Source: Streptosporangiaceae bacterium (GTDB lineage: Bacteria; Actinomycetota; Actinomycetes; Streptosporangiales; Streptosporangiaceae). Taken from it: DNA of 64,000 nucleotides. The notes under the pieces are model-generated. The model was not told the origin of the DNA and made no database searches. It saw only the letters and a program-made list of their open reading frames with translations. Made by a program: the position numbers and the translations under genes. The DNA is taken from assembly GCA_035651595.1 (NCBI GenBank), contig DASRFJ010000316.1, positions 1 through 64,000 on the forward strand. The letters are read 5' to 3'. Positions 9,621 to 19,209 of this stretch are shown here, one piece after another (position 1 is the first letter of the stretch; the number at the start of each line of letters is the position of its first letter).

Positions 9621-10823
9621 GTGCGCATACTCGTTATCGGCTCGGGCGGGCGCGAGCACGCGATCGTCCGGACGCTCGGCCGCGACCACGACCTGCACGC
9701 GTCACCGGGCAACCCAGGCATCGCCAGGCTCGCCGAGTTGCACCCCGGCGGGGACATCGCGAAGCTGGCCGGCGAACTCCGCCCCGATCTGGTGGTCATC
9801 GGCCCTGAAGCGCCGCTGGTGGCCGGGGTCGCTGACGAGATCGCGCGGAACGGCGTTCCCTGCTTCGGCCCGTCACAGCGCGCCGCGATGCTGGAGGGGT
9901 CGAAGACGTTCGCTAAGCGAGTCATGGCCGAGGCCGGGATACCCACCGCGCGGTCCTTCACCTGCGAGACAAGTGCGGAGGTTGCGGAAGCACTGAGGTC
10001 GTTCAGCCCGAATTATGTGGTTAAGGACGACGCGCTCGCGGCGGGCAAAGGCGTGGTGGTGACCACGGACATCGCCGTCGCTACCGAGCACGCGGCGCGG
10101 TGCGGCACGGTGGTGATCGAGGAGTTCCTCGACGGGCCCGAGGTGTCGCTGTTCGCGGTGTGCGACGGGACGACCGCGGTGCCGCTGCTGCCCGCGCAGG
10201 ACTTCAAGCGCGCCCGCGACGGCGACCAGGGGCCGAACACCGGGGGGATGGGCGCCTACGCGCCGCTGCCGTGGGCGCCGCCCGGCCTGACCGGGCAGGT
10301 GATGGACCTGGTCATCCAGCCGGCCGTGGACGCGATGCGGCGGCGCGGCACGCCGTACCGCGGCCTGCTGTACGCGGGCCTGGCGCTGACGTCGGCCGGC
10401 ATCAAGGTGATCGAGTTCAACGCGCGGTTCGGCGACCCGGAGACCCAGGTGGTGCTGGACCGGCTGGCGTCTCCGCTGGCGGATCTGCTGTACGGCGCGG
10501 CGACCGGTGAGCTGGGATCACTGACGCCCCGGTGGCGGGACGGGGCGGCGGTGGCCGTGGTGATAGCCGCGCCGGGCTACCCGGAGGCAGCGGTCCGCGG
10601 CGCCGGAATACGGCTGGGTGCGGCGCGTGCTGACGGATACGTGCTGCACGCGGGGACGGCGCTGGGCGCCGGCGGAGAACTGGTGGCCGCGGGCGGCCGC
10701 GTGCTGAACGCGGTGGGGACCGGGCCGGACGTGGCGGCCGCGCGTGCGGTGGCGTACGAGGTGGCCGAGGCGATCGAGATGGACGGCGGCTGGTACCGCC
10801 GGGACATAGCTCTGCTCGGATGA
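9621..10823 (+). CDS. purD: phosphoribosylamine--glycine ligase
   Basis: PurD N-terminus MRILVIGSGGREHAIV and an ATP-grasp fold. Confidence 0.9.
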   Translation: MRILVIGSGGREHAIVRTLGRDHDLHASPGNPGIARLAELHPGGDIAKLAGELRPDLVVIGPEAPLVAGVADEIARNGVPCFGPSQRAAMLEGSKTFAKRVMAEAGIPTARSFTCETSAEVAEALRSFSPNYVVKDDALAAGKGVVVTTDIAVATEHAARCGTVVIEEFLDGPEVSLFAVCDGTTAVPLLPAQDFKRARDGDQGPNTGGMGAYAPLPWAPPGLTGQVMDLVIQPAVDAMRRRGTPYRGLLYAGLALTSAGIKVIEFNARFGDPETQVVLDRLASPLADLLYGAATGELGSLTPRWRDGAAVAVVIAAPGYPEAAVRGAGIRLGAARADGYVLHAGTALGAGGELVAAGGRVLNAVGTGPDVAAARAVAYEVAEAIEMDGGWYRRDIALLG

Positions 10824-11935
10824 CTCCCGACGCGCCGCTGCGGGTCAGTACGCTCGAGCTGTTCTTCGACCTGGTCTTCGTATTCACGATCACACAGCTG
10901 ACCAGCCTGCTCGCGCGCGACGGCGTGACCGGGCCGGACGCTATCCGGGTGCTGCTGATCTTCGGCGTGCTGTGGTGGATGTACGGCGGTTACGCCTGGC
11001 TGACCAACACGCGCACGCCGTCCCAGACACCGGAACGCCTGCTCCTGCTGCTCGGCATGGCCGGTTTCCTGATCGTCGGGCTGGCCATCCCGAAGGCGTT
11101 CGACCGGCGCGGCGAGGGCATCGCGCTCGCGCTTGGTTACCTGCTGGTCATCGCGGTGCACGGAGTGCTGTACCAGCGGGTGAACCGGAACATACTGCGG
11201 GTGGTGCCGATCAACGTGGCGGCGGCGGTGCTGGTGCTCGTAGCCGCGCTGACCGGCGGCGCGGCCGCCTACGTGCTGTGGGCGCTGGCGCTGGCCGGCC
11301 CGGTCATCTCGCCGCTGATCGTCCATCCGCGCGGGCGGTTCGCGATCCAGCCGTCGCACTTCGTGGAACGGCACGGTGCGTTGATCATCGTCGTGTTCGG
11401 CGAATCGGTGGCCGATATCGGCATCGGCGCGGCCGATCACCCGGTTAGCGTGAGCCTGGTGGCGGCCGCGGTGCTCGGCCTGGCACTGACCGCCACGCTG
11501 TGGTGGGCGTACTTCGGCGTCGCGGACGACGAACGTGCCGAGGACGCGTTCACCCGCGCGGACCCGGCCATCCGGCCCGCGCTGGCGCTGAACGCGTACT
11601 GGTACTCCTATATCCCGATGCTGCTGGGCATCGTGGGGCTGGCCGCCGGGATCAAGGTAGCGATGCTGAACCCGGGCGCCGGACTGCCGTGGCGGCCGAG
11701 CCTGGTGCTGGGCGGCGGCGTGGCGCTGTTCCTCGCCGGGGACGTGTGTTTCCGGTATGCGCTGCGGATCGGCGTGCTGCGCTACCGGACCGCGGGCGCG
11801 ATCGCCGCGCTGGCCGTGTCGGCGGTAGGGAAAGCGAGTGCCGCGGCGGAGATCGCGCTGCTGGCCGCGGTCGTGGCCAGTGCCCTGGTGGCGGAACGCA
11901 GGGCCCGGATCACGCCAGATACCGTGGACGCATGA
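10820..11935 (+). CDS. low-temperature-requirement A (LtrA) family membrane protein
   Basis: Hallmark ELFFDLVFVF motif and a multi-TM profile. ATGA overlap with the purD stop. Confidence 0.75.
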   Translation: MTPDAPLRVSTLELFFDLVFVFTITQLTSLLARDGVTGPDAIRVLLIFGVLWWMYGGYAWLTNTRTPSQTPERLLLLLGMAGFLIVGLAIPKAFDRRGEGIALALGYLLVIAVHGVLYQRVNRNILRVVPINVAAAVLVLVAALTGGAAAYVLWALALAGPVISPLIVHPRGRFAIQPSHFVERHGALIIVVFGESVADIGIGAADHPVSVSLVAAAVLGLALTATLWWAYFGVADDERAEDAFTRADPAIRPALALNAYWYSYIPMLLGIVGLAAGIKVAMLNPGAGLPWRPSLVLGGGVALFLAGDVCFRYALRIGVLRYRTAGAIAALAVSAVGKASAAAEIALLAAVVASALVAERRARITPDTVDA

Positions 11936-13257
11936 TCTCGCGGTACACGCTGCCCGACATGGGCAAGGTCTGGAGCGACGCGCACAAGTACGAGCTATGG
12001 TGCCGGATCGAACTACTGGTGCTTGAGGCGCACGCGGCGGCCGGCACCGTGCCCGGCGATGCCGTGGAGCCGGTGCGGAACGCGCCGCCGCCGACGCCAG
12101 AGGCCGTCGCGGCCGTGGAGGCGGTCACCGACCACGACGTGATCGCGTTCCTCACCGCGTGGGCGGACAACACCACGCCGCGGTCCGCGGCCGCCTACGT
12201 GCACTACGGCATGACGTCCTCCGACCTGCTGGACACCGCGCTCGCGATCCAGCTGACCGAGGCCACCGACCTGCTGCTGGCCAAGGCGGACACGCTGGTC
12301 GCCACGCTGCGGGACCACGCGCTGGAACACGCCGGGACGCTCCGGGCGGGCCGGACGCACGGCATCCACGCCGAACCGGACACCTGGGGACACCGGGTGG
12401 CCGACTTCGCGTTCGCGATGGCGCGGAGCCGGGACCGGCTGCGCGCGGCGCGGTCGGCGGTCGCCGTGGGGACGCTGTCCGGTCCGGTCGGCACGTACTC
12501 CAACATCGACCCGGCGATCGAGGCGTCGGTGATGGCTTCGCTGGGCCTGCGGCCGGCCGAGGTGGCGACGCAGGTGGTGATCCGGGACGGCATCGCGGAA
12601 TGGGTGAGCGCGCTGGCGATCCTGGCCAGCGTGTGCGAAGCGGTGGCGCTGGAGGTGCGGCACGGCCAGCGGACCGAGCTGCGGGAGGTCGCCGAGCCGT
12701 TCCGGTCCGGGCAGAAGGGGTCTTCGGCGATGCCGCACAAGAGGAACCCGATCCGGTCCGAGCGGATCTGCGGGCTCGCCCGCCTGGTGCGCAGTTATGT
12801 GACTCCTGTCACAGAGGGAATTCCGCTGTGGCACGAGAGAGATATCTCGCATTCTTCGGTGGAGCGGGTGGCCCTGCCGGACGCGGCGACGGTCAGTGAT
12901 TACCTGCTGCACCTGACCACCGGGCTGATCACCGGGCTGACCGTGGACGCCGGCCGGATGCGCGCGAACCTGGATCTGACCGGCGGGCTGATGTATTCCT
13001 CGGCGGTCCTGTTGGAGCTGGTCAGCGCCGGCCTGTCGCGGGAAGAGGCGTACGCGATCGTGCAGGCGGCGGCGATGGACACGTGGGATGGGCTCGCTGC
13101 CGGCGCTGATCCCGTGCTGTTCCCCGAAGCGCTGCGTAAGCAGGCCGCGACACGCGGACAGGCACTTCCGGACGCGGTTATAGACAGGGCATTCCGGCCG
13201 GAAGGGTACACCGAACGGCTAGCTCCCATCTTCGAGCGCCTCGCGCGGCTATCCTGA
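11932..13257 (+). CDS. purB: adenylosuccinate lyase
   Basis: Typical PurB sequence (MISRYTLPDMGKVWSDAHKYELWCRIE...GSSAMPHKRNP). ATGA overlap with the preceding stop. Confidence 0.9.
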   Translation: MISRYTLPDMGKVWSDAHKYELWCRIELLVLEAHAAAGTVPGDAVEPVRNAPPPTPEAVAAVEAVTDHDVIAFLTAWADNTTPRSAAAYVHYGMTSSDLLDTALAIQLTEATDLLLAKADTLVATLRDHALEHAGTLRAGRTHGIHAEPDTWGHRVADFAFAMARSRDRLRAARSAVAVGTLSGPVGTYSNIDPAIEASVMASLGLRPAEVATQVVIRDGIAEWVSALAILASVCEAVALEVRHGQRTELREVAEPFRSGQKGSSAMPHKRNPIRSERICGLARLVRSYVTPVTEGIPLWHERDISHSSVERVALPDAATVSDYLLHLTTGLITGLTVDAGRMRANLDLTGGLMYSSAVLLELVSAGLSREEAYAIVQAAAMDTWDGLAAGADPVLFPEALRKQAATRGQALPDAVIDRAFRPEGYTERLAPIFERLARLS

Positions 13258-13262
13258 CATCC

Positions 13263-14543
13263 ATGACCAACGCACCCGAGACTCGCTACCGCGTGCGCGG
13301 CGGCGCTCCGCTGCACGGCACCGTCTTCGTGCAGGGCGCGAAGAACGCGGCGCTGAAGATGATCGCGGCGTCGCTGCTGACGGCGAACGGGCGCACGGTG
13401 CTGAGAAACGTGCCGCCGATCGAGGACGTCAGGCGTGCCGTGGAGCTGGCCGAGGCGGTCGGCGCGCTGGTGGAGTTCCACGAGGCGGAGCGGACGCTGG
13501 TCGTGGACGCGTCCCGGCTGACCAGCCCGGTGCTCCCCGCCGAGATCGCGCGGCGGTTCCGCGCCTCGGTGCTGTTCGTGCCCGCGCTGCTGCACCGGTT
13601 CGGCGAGGCGGTCATCGAAGGCGTCGGCGGCTGCAACCTGGGCAGCCGCAACCTGGACTTCCACTACCGCGGCTTCACCCGGCTCGGCGCCGTGGTGGAC
13701 GAGGGCGAGTCGGTCATCCGGATCAAGGCGAGCAAGCTCCAAGGCGCGCACATGTACCTGGACACGCCGTCGCACACCGGGACCGAGAACCTGATCATGG
13801 CGGCGTCGGTGGCGCCGGGCAAGAGCGTGATCGACAACACTGCGCAGGAGCCCGAGGTCCTCGACGTCATCGCGTTCCTCACCAAGATGGGCGCCCGGAT
13901 CAGCGGCGGCGGCACCGGGTTCATCACGGTGCACGGCGTGGAGGAGCTGACCGCGGTAGAGCACACGGTGATGGCGGACCGGCTCGACGCCGGCGTGTTC
14001 GCCATGGCAGCGGCCATCACCGGGGGCGAGCTGAACCTCGTGGGGGCGTCGCTGGACCACTTCGGCGTGGTGCGGTGGAAGCTGGAGCAGATGGGCGTCG
14101 AGTTCGCCGAGCACGGCGCCGTGCTGTCCGTGCGCCGGGAGCGGCCGCTGCGCCCGGTCAACGTGATCACCGGCCCGTACCCAGGCTTCGCGACCGACCT
14201 TCAGTCGCCGATCATGGCCTTGGCCTGCCTGGCCGAGGGCGCGAGCTATATTCGCGAGACGATCTTCGACGGCCGGTACACGCTGGTCGGCGAGCTGAAC
14301 AAGATGGGCGCCAGCGTCGAGTTCGACGGCAACGTGGCGATCGTGCACGGGCCAGCTCCGCTGCGCGGCGCCGAGGTGGTGGCGCATGACCTGCGCACCG
14401 GCATCGCGCTGGTGCTGGCCGGGCTCGCCGCCGAGGGTGAGACGGTGATCGCGCCGGGATACCTGATCGACCGCGGCCACGCCGCGATCGCGCAGCGGTT
14501 CACCTCGCTCGGCGCCGACATCACCGCGGAGTCCGACGCGTAG
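13263..14543 (+). CDS. murA: UDP-N-acetylglucosamine 1-carboxyvinyltransferase (EPT family, MurA-type)
   Basis: Segments VFVQGAKNAALKMIAASLL and KSVIDNTAQEPEVLDVIAFL are MurA-like. The active-site loop GGCNLGSRNLDFH retains Cys. Confidence 0.7.
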   Translation: MTNAPETRYRVRGGAPLHGTVFVQGAKNAALKMIAASLLTANGRTVLRNVPPIEDVRRAVELAEAVGALVEFHEAERTLVVDASRLTSPVLPAEIARRFRASVLFVPALLHRFGEAVIEGVGGCNLGSRNLDFHYRGFTRLGAVVDEGESVIRIKASKLQGAHMYLDTPSHTGTENLIMAASVAPGKSVIDNTAQEPEVLDVIAFLTKMGARISGGGTGFITVHGVEELTAVEHTVMADRLDAGVFAMAAAITGGELNLVGASLDHFGVVRWKLEQMGVEFAEHGAVLSVRRERPLRPVNVITGPYPGFATDLQSPIMALACLAEGASYIRETIFDGRYTLVGELNKMGASVEFDGNVAIVHGPAPLRGAEVVAHDLRTGIALVLAGLAAEGETVIAPGYLIDRGHAAIAQRFTSLGADITAESDA

Positions 14544-14648
14544 CCGATGGTGCGCGGCCACCCGAGGCCCCACCCGGACGCCGGGCCTAGCCGCGTGCGC
14601 GCAGCGCGGTTTGATCGGCAATCCGCCTGCTCGAAGCTGGACATACCG

Positions 14649-14770
14649 GCATATCCCAGGCGCGAGAGCGAGCGGGCCGGATCATTGCGGACACTTACCC
14701 CCCCAATCCGGGGGGTAAGTGTCCGCAATAATTTCCGAGCGCTACGCCAAGCCCGAGCAGACCGCTAAAC
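14649..14770. repeat. repeat element copy A: conserved ~120 bp unit centred on a perfect 20 bp C7/G6 palindrome
   Basis: Palindrome arms are attgcggacacttaccccccc, loop aatcc, then ggggggtaagtgtccgcaat. The conserved flanks ggcgcgagagcgagcgggcc and aataatttccgagcgc...aagccc..gcagaccgct.aacg recur at 30907..31040. Confidence 0.8.
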
Positions 14771-14857
14771 GGCAAGGCCATGCTTGAACAAACCGGGGCA
14801 TTGCAGGCAGCCAGCACTGCAACCGGCCCCGCCACACCGGCAAACGGCGCGCGGCGC

Positions 14858-15721
14858 TTAGCTCTGGGTGGCTTGTTTGTAGAGCTTCTGGATGTCGCTG
14901 CCTAGGTAGGCGCAGTACGACACGTCCGCGGTGTTGCCGCCCTCCTGGTAGCCGCCGATCACGCCGATGATCGTGCCGGTCCTCGTTGCCGGGTCGAACC
15001 TGGTGACCCACGGGCTGCCGCTGGTGCCGCCGGTGTAGTTGGCGCAGGCGAACTTCAGCTGGGTGGGGCTCTGCTGGCTCGTCCAGTTCTCGCAGGCGAT
15101 CGGCGCGCTGGCGCTGGACGGGTAGCCGGTGACCCGGACCAGGTGCTGGTAACCGGTGCCGAACGCGATCTTGTTGGCGCCGGTCACGTCCTGGATGTTG
15201 CTGCCGTTGAGGGGCTTGAGCAGGACGAACGCGACGTCGAAGTCCGGATCGGCCCCGTTCTGCCAGCGCGGGTCGAGCACGTACCGCGCCGGCGTCCACA
15301 CGCCGTGCGGGCTATCCCCGTTCGAGTAGTCCGGGATGAACACGACGTTCGTCCTGCTGGCGGTGCCGTTGCCCGCGTTGACGCAGTGCGCCGCCGTGAT
15401 GAGCAGGTTGTGCTCGGGGCTGTCCACCACGCTCGCCGTGCAAAAGTGGTTGCCCGAATTGTCGCTGTCGAACAGCGCGCCGACGCGGAGCGCGCGCACG
15501 TTCTCCCTGGGTGACGGCGTCGAGCGGGGCTCCGGCAGCCCCGAATGCCGCGCGGCGCGCCAGGGCTGGGCGCCCCGGAGCCGCTGGGCGGTCCAGTAAC
15601 CGGGACCGGGGAGCCGGCTGCCCGCCGTCGACGAGCAACCCGTGAGCGCTGCTAGCGCCGCCGTTCCGAGAGCCGCGGCCCTTAGCGCGATCCTGGCCCG
15701 CACGGTGCCGGACACGATCAT
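14858..15721 (-). CDS. secreted trypsin-like serine protease (lipoprotein)
   Basis: Signal peptide plus lipobox LTGCSS. His site TAAHC and Ser site GGTSGSPW are present. Confidence 0.8.
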   Translation of the reverse strand: MIVSGTVRARIALRAAALGTAALAALTGCSSTAGSRLPGPGYWTAQRLRGAQPWRAARHSGLPEPRSTPSPRENVRALRVGALFDSDNSGNHFCTASVVDSPEHNLLITAAHCVNAGNGTASRTNVVFIPDYSNGDSPHGVWTPARYVLDPRWQNGADPDFDVAFVLLKPLNGSNIQDVTGANKIAFGTGYQHLVRVTGYPSSASAPIACENWTSQQSPTQLKFACANYTGGTSGSPWVTRFDPATRTGTIIGVIGGYQEGGNTADVSYCAYLGSDIQKLYKQATQS

Positions 15722-15744
15722 GACTACCCCCTGTAGTCAGGATC

Positions 15745-16851
15745 TTACCCCCGGGGGGAGCCGTCCCCCCGGACCCCCACGGCTGACTTCCAGGCGCGGG
15801 CCACCTGGAGGAAGGCGTCGTTGGCCTCGGGATCGCCGATCGTCACCCTGACTCCCTCGTCGCCGAACGGCCGGATCGCGATGCCCTCCGCCTCGCACGC
15901 CGCGGCGAACTCCATCGTGCGATCGCCCAACCGGAGCCAGACGAAGTTACCCTCGGTCGGCGGCACGGTCCAGCCGGACGCGAGCAGTTCCTCGCGCACC
16001 CTGGTCCGCTCCTTGACGGTCAGCTCGACGCGCTCGAGCAGCTCATCTTCGGCGGCCAGCGACGCGATCGCGGCCGCCTGCGCGATGTGGTTGACCGAGA
16101 ACGTCAGCATCGTGGCGCGCACCGCCGCGGCCACCGGCGGCTGCGCGATCATGAATCCGACCCGGAGCCCGGCCAGGCCGTACGCCTTGGAGAAGGTGCG
16201 CAGCACCGCGACGTTGGGCCGGTCCCGGTAGACGCGGATCCCGTCCGGCACCGCGGCGTCCCTGATGTACTCGTGGTAGGCCTCGTCGAGCACGACCAGG
16301 CAGTTCTCCGGCACCCGGTCGAGGAACGCGGTCAGCTCGGCCTCGTGCACGGCCGTGCTGGTCGGATTGTTCGGGTTGCAGACGAAGATCATCCTGGTGC
16401 TGGGGGTGATCGCGTCCGCCATCGCAGCCAGGTCGTGCACCTCGTCCTTGAGCGGCACAAGGACGGAGGTCGCGCCGGCCAGCGCGGCCAGCGTCGGGTA
16501 CGCCTCGAACGAACGCCAGGCATACAGCACCTCTGTGCCCGGCTCGCTGACCGCTTCGAACAGCTGCTGGGCCACGCCCACCGAACCGCAGCCCACCGCC
16601 ACATGGCTGGCCGGGACGTCGTACCGCGCCGCGATCGCCTCGATCAGCGCCGTCGCGCCGTTGTCCGGGTACCGGTGGACATGCCGTGCCGCCTCGGCGA
16701 TGACCTCGACAACGGACGGCAGCGGGCCGTAGGGGGATTCATTCGAGGACAGCTTGTGCGACCGGCCGGCCGCGCTGACGGGTGTCCGGCCAGGCTGGTA
16801 GGCCGGAAACCCATCTAGCACGGAACGGAATCGCGGGGACGCGTCAGTCAT
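15745..16851 (-). CDS. hisC: histidinol-phosphate / aromatic aminotransferase (class I/II)
   Basis: Aminotransferase class II features ([31 protein letters not shown] with the PLP lysine). Confidence 0.75.
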   Translation of the reverse strand: MTDASPRFRSVLDGFPAYQPGRTPVSAAGRSHKLSSNESPYGPLPSVVEVIAEAARHVHRYPDNGATALIEAIAARYDVPASHVAVGCGSVGVAQQLFEAVSEPGTEVLYAWRSFEAYPTLAALAGATSVLVPLKDEVHDLAAMADAITPSTRMIFVCNPNNPTSTAVHEAELTAFLDRVPENCLVVLDEAYHEYIRDAAVPDGIRVYRDRPNVAVLRTFSKAYGLAGLRVGFMIAQPPVAAAVRATMLTFSVNHIAQAAAIASLAAEDELLERVELTVKERTRVREELLASGWTVPPTEGNFVWLRLGDRTMEFAAACEAEGIAIRPFGDEGVRVTIGDPEANDAFLQVARAWKSAVGVRGDGSPRG

Positions 16852-16875
16852 TCCCCCAGTCTGACACCCACGCTG

Positions 16876-17646
16876 TCAGTGCAGCGACTCGGCCGCCCTG
16901 GCATATGCGTCGGCGGCCAGCACCTTGGCACCCTGCTCGGAAGCATCCGGCCCGAGGATCGTCACGGCGCCCACGTACCCGTTGGCGCGGAAGACCACCG
17001 ACCACATGTTCACACCCGCGTACCCCTCGGCCTTGACGTTGAGCGCCCGTGCCTGCTGGGCGACACCGCTCACCGGAACTTCCTTGACCGAGTAGGTGAA
17101 CGTCCTGCCCGCGACCGTGGCGCGATAGTGCGCACAGCCGGGCGGCAGCTCGGTGGCCAGCGCCTCGGCGGCGGTCGTCGGAGACGTCGCGACGATGACC
17201 TCGGACACGCCGTCCTGGCCCACCCGGAACGTCACGACCGAGGCGGGCGCGTTGGCGAACGCCGCCGAGTTGAAGCCGGTGACGGTGGCCTGTGCGCAAC
17301 TCGCCGGGGTGACCGTGACCCCGCGCATGCTCTGCTTGCCGGTCTGCGCGTCTGGCAGCTTGCTGAACGCGCCCGCCTCTGGCGTCGCGGCCGGCTGCTG
17401 CCCGTTCACCTTGGTGAGCAGGGCGCCGCGCAGCTGCGCCGCCGTGAAGCTGGCCGGGATGCCCGCCGCGGCCATCCCGGCGGACGAGGTCGTGCTGGCC
17501 GAGGCGGCCGCACCCGAGCCGGCCGCGCCGGCGCCTGATGAGGAGCAGCCCGCGACGGCGACCGCGGCCGCACCCGCGGCAGCTAGCAGCGCCGCGGCAT
17601 GCGGCACGGGCCGCGCGCCGCGGCACCGCCTGTAACGTTCTGACAT
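16876..17646 (-). CDS. lipoprotein of unknown function
   Basis: ATG at 17646 yields MSERYRR...AVAVAGCSSSG (signal peptide plus lipobox). The longer upstream extension in the ORF track is not supported. Confidence 0.55.
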   Translation of the reverse strand: MSERYRRCRGARPVPHAAALLAAAGAAAVAVAGCSSSGAGAAGSGAAASASTTSSAGMAAAGIPASFTAAQLRGALLTKVNGQQPAATPEAGAFSKLPDAQTGKQSMRGVTVTPASCAQATVTGFNSAAFANAPASVVTFRVGQDGVSEVIVATSPTTAAEALATELPPGCAHYRATVAGRTFTYSVKEVPVSGVAQQARALNVKAEGYAGVNMWSVVFRANGYVGAVTILGPDASEQGAKVLAADAYARAAESLH

Positions 17647-17741
17647 GGAGACACCCTTCTCACGCTCCGGATATAAGAAACTCCGAAGCGTGAGAATAGC
17701 CCACGCGCAGTGATGGAATGGTGGCTTTCCGCGAAACACGC

Positions 17742-19106
17742 CTACCCTGTGACGGATCCTGGCGGCGGGATCGTCCCGGGTCCGCTGACGTTGCACGCGA
17801 GCGATGCCGGATCGGTCTCCTGAAGCGGATTCGCCAGCCGTGGCGGCCGGCGGAAGAAGGGGAACCGGAGGTCGAGCATGTCCAGCATGGCGTTGGCGTT
17901 GGCGTCGCGGTACGTCAGCGCCGGCAGGTTCCACTTCGACTCCACCAGCTTGAGGATGCTGCCGTGGTCGAAGACGCGATGCGACACGTAGTTGGGCCTG
18001 GCCCAGGGGGACACCAGCGCGAACGGCACCCGGAACCCGTAGCGCCCGAACCCGTCGTATGCGCTCTGTCCTGAGGGGACGGCCGGCGCGATGCTGTCCG
18101 GCGGGATGGCGGCCGGCGGCCGGACGTGGTCGTAGTAGCCGCCGTGCTCGTCATAGGTCCACAGCAGCACGGTCTTGTCCCAGGCTGGGCCGCTCATGAC
18201 CGCGTTGACCACGCTCGCCGCGAACGCCTCGCCGGCGACGATGTTCTGCGGGTTCTCCTCGGACTGGTGATTGTAGTCCGGCTCGACCAGGCAGTAGTTC
18301 GGCAGCGTGCCAGCCGCGGCATCGGCGAAGAAGCCGGCGATCGGCACGACCTTCGTCCCGTTGTTCTTCAGGTACAGCTGCGGGAACAGCTCCACGCTGG
18401 GCAGCGTGGTGTAGTAGTCCTTCCAGGTGATCTGGTACTTGTCGAGCTGATCGAAGATCGTGCCGTTTGCCGGGTAGTCGGTCAGTGCGGGGATCGTGTC
18501 GTTGACCTGCCCGATGGACGTCGCGGCCAGCAGGTAGCGGCGGTTCGGGAAGGTCTGGCCGAGCACAGAGCAGAAGTACCGGTCGGCGATCGGGAACGTC
18601 CTGGCGAGCGAGTAGTAGAACGGCTGGTCGGCCTTCTCCCAGTACCCCATCGCGACCGGGCCGCTGCCGGACTCGACGAAGCCGTCAAGCTTGCCGTTCG
18701 CGTACTGCTGGTGACTGGCCAGCCAGTCCTGTGCCGGGTGGCCGTTGAGCTGGCACGTGGTCGGCATGTGGAACGCGTGCTGGATCTTCCCGTCGGCGTA
18801 CGGGTTGGTCGCCCTGGGCTTGCCGCCCCGGCCGAGCCGGAAGCCGTCCGCGCCGGGCCGCCGGAGCATACCGAGCCTGTTGTCGTACGAATGGTTCTCC
18901 ATCATCAGCACGACGACGTGCTCGATCTGCGGGATCGTGTCGGTCCCCGCCGTCAGGTCCGGATAGGGCAGCGAACCCGGCGGCCGCACCGGTCCGCCGT
19001 GCGTCACCCGGGCCGCTTCCGCGGCCGCCTCCCGCCATGCCCCTGTCCCGGCGACCGCCGCCGCGGCCAGCCCCGCCTTCAGTGCCCCGCGTCTGCTGAC
19101 GTCCAT
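17742..19106 (-). CDS. plc: phospholipase C / phosphoesterase family protein, Tat-secreted
   Basis: Tat motif SRRGALKAG. Phosphoesterase-family segments IEHVVVLMMENHSYDN and YDEHGGYYDH. Confidence 0.8.
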   Translation of the reverse strand: MDVSRRGALKAGLAAAAVAGTGAWREAAAEAARVTHGGPVRPPGSLPYPDLTAGTDTIPQIEHVVVLMMENHSYDNRLGMLRRPGADGFRLGRGGKPRATNPYADGKIQHAFHMPTTCQLNGHPAQDWLASHQQYANGKLDGFVESGSGPVAMGYWEKADQPFYYSLARTFPIADRYFCSVLGQTFPNRRYLLAATSIGQVNDTIPALTDYPANGTIFDQLDKYQITWKDYYTTLPSVELFPQLYLKNNGTKVVPIAGFFADAAAGTLPNYCLVEPDYNHQSEENPQNIVAGEAFAASVVNAVMSGPAWDKTVLLWTYDEHGGYYDHVRPPAAIPPDSIAPAVPSGQSAYDGFGRYGFRVPFALVSPWARPNYVSHRVFDHGSILKLVESKWNLPALTYRDANANAMLDMLDLRFPFFRRPPRLANPLQETDPASLACNVSGPGTIPPPGSVTG

Positions 19107-19209
19107 CGAGCGCTCCTCGGTTGACGCCTCGTCTCAGTCTCGCGCGGATGCCGTACCGGTGGGTAGCGGGTGAGTGAACTCTTCTGTCCCGCGGTCTACG
19201 CTCGTTCTC

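Noticed and set aside
14547-14768. 73 aa ORF and its look-alike 30803..30997 sharing RESERAGSLRTLTPP
   Set aside because: Similarity comes from the repeated palindromic DNA element. The frames diverge outside it, so it is not a conserved peptide.
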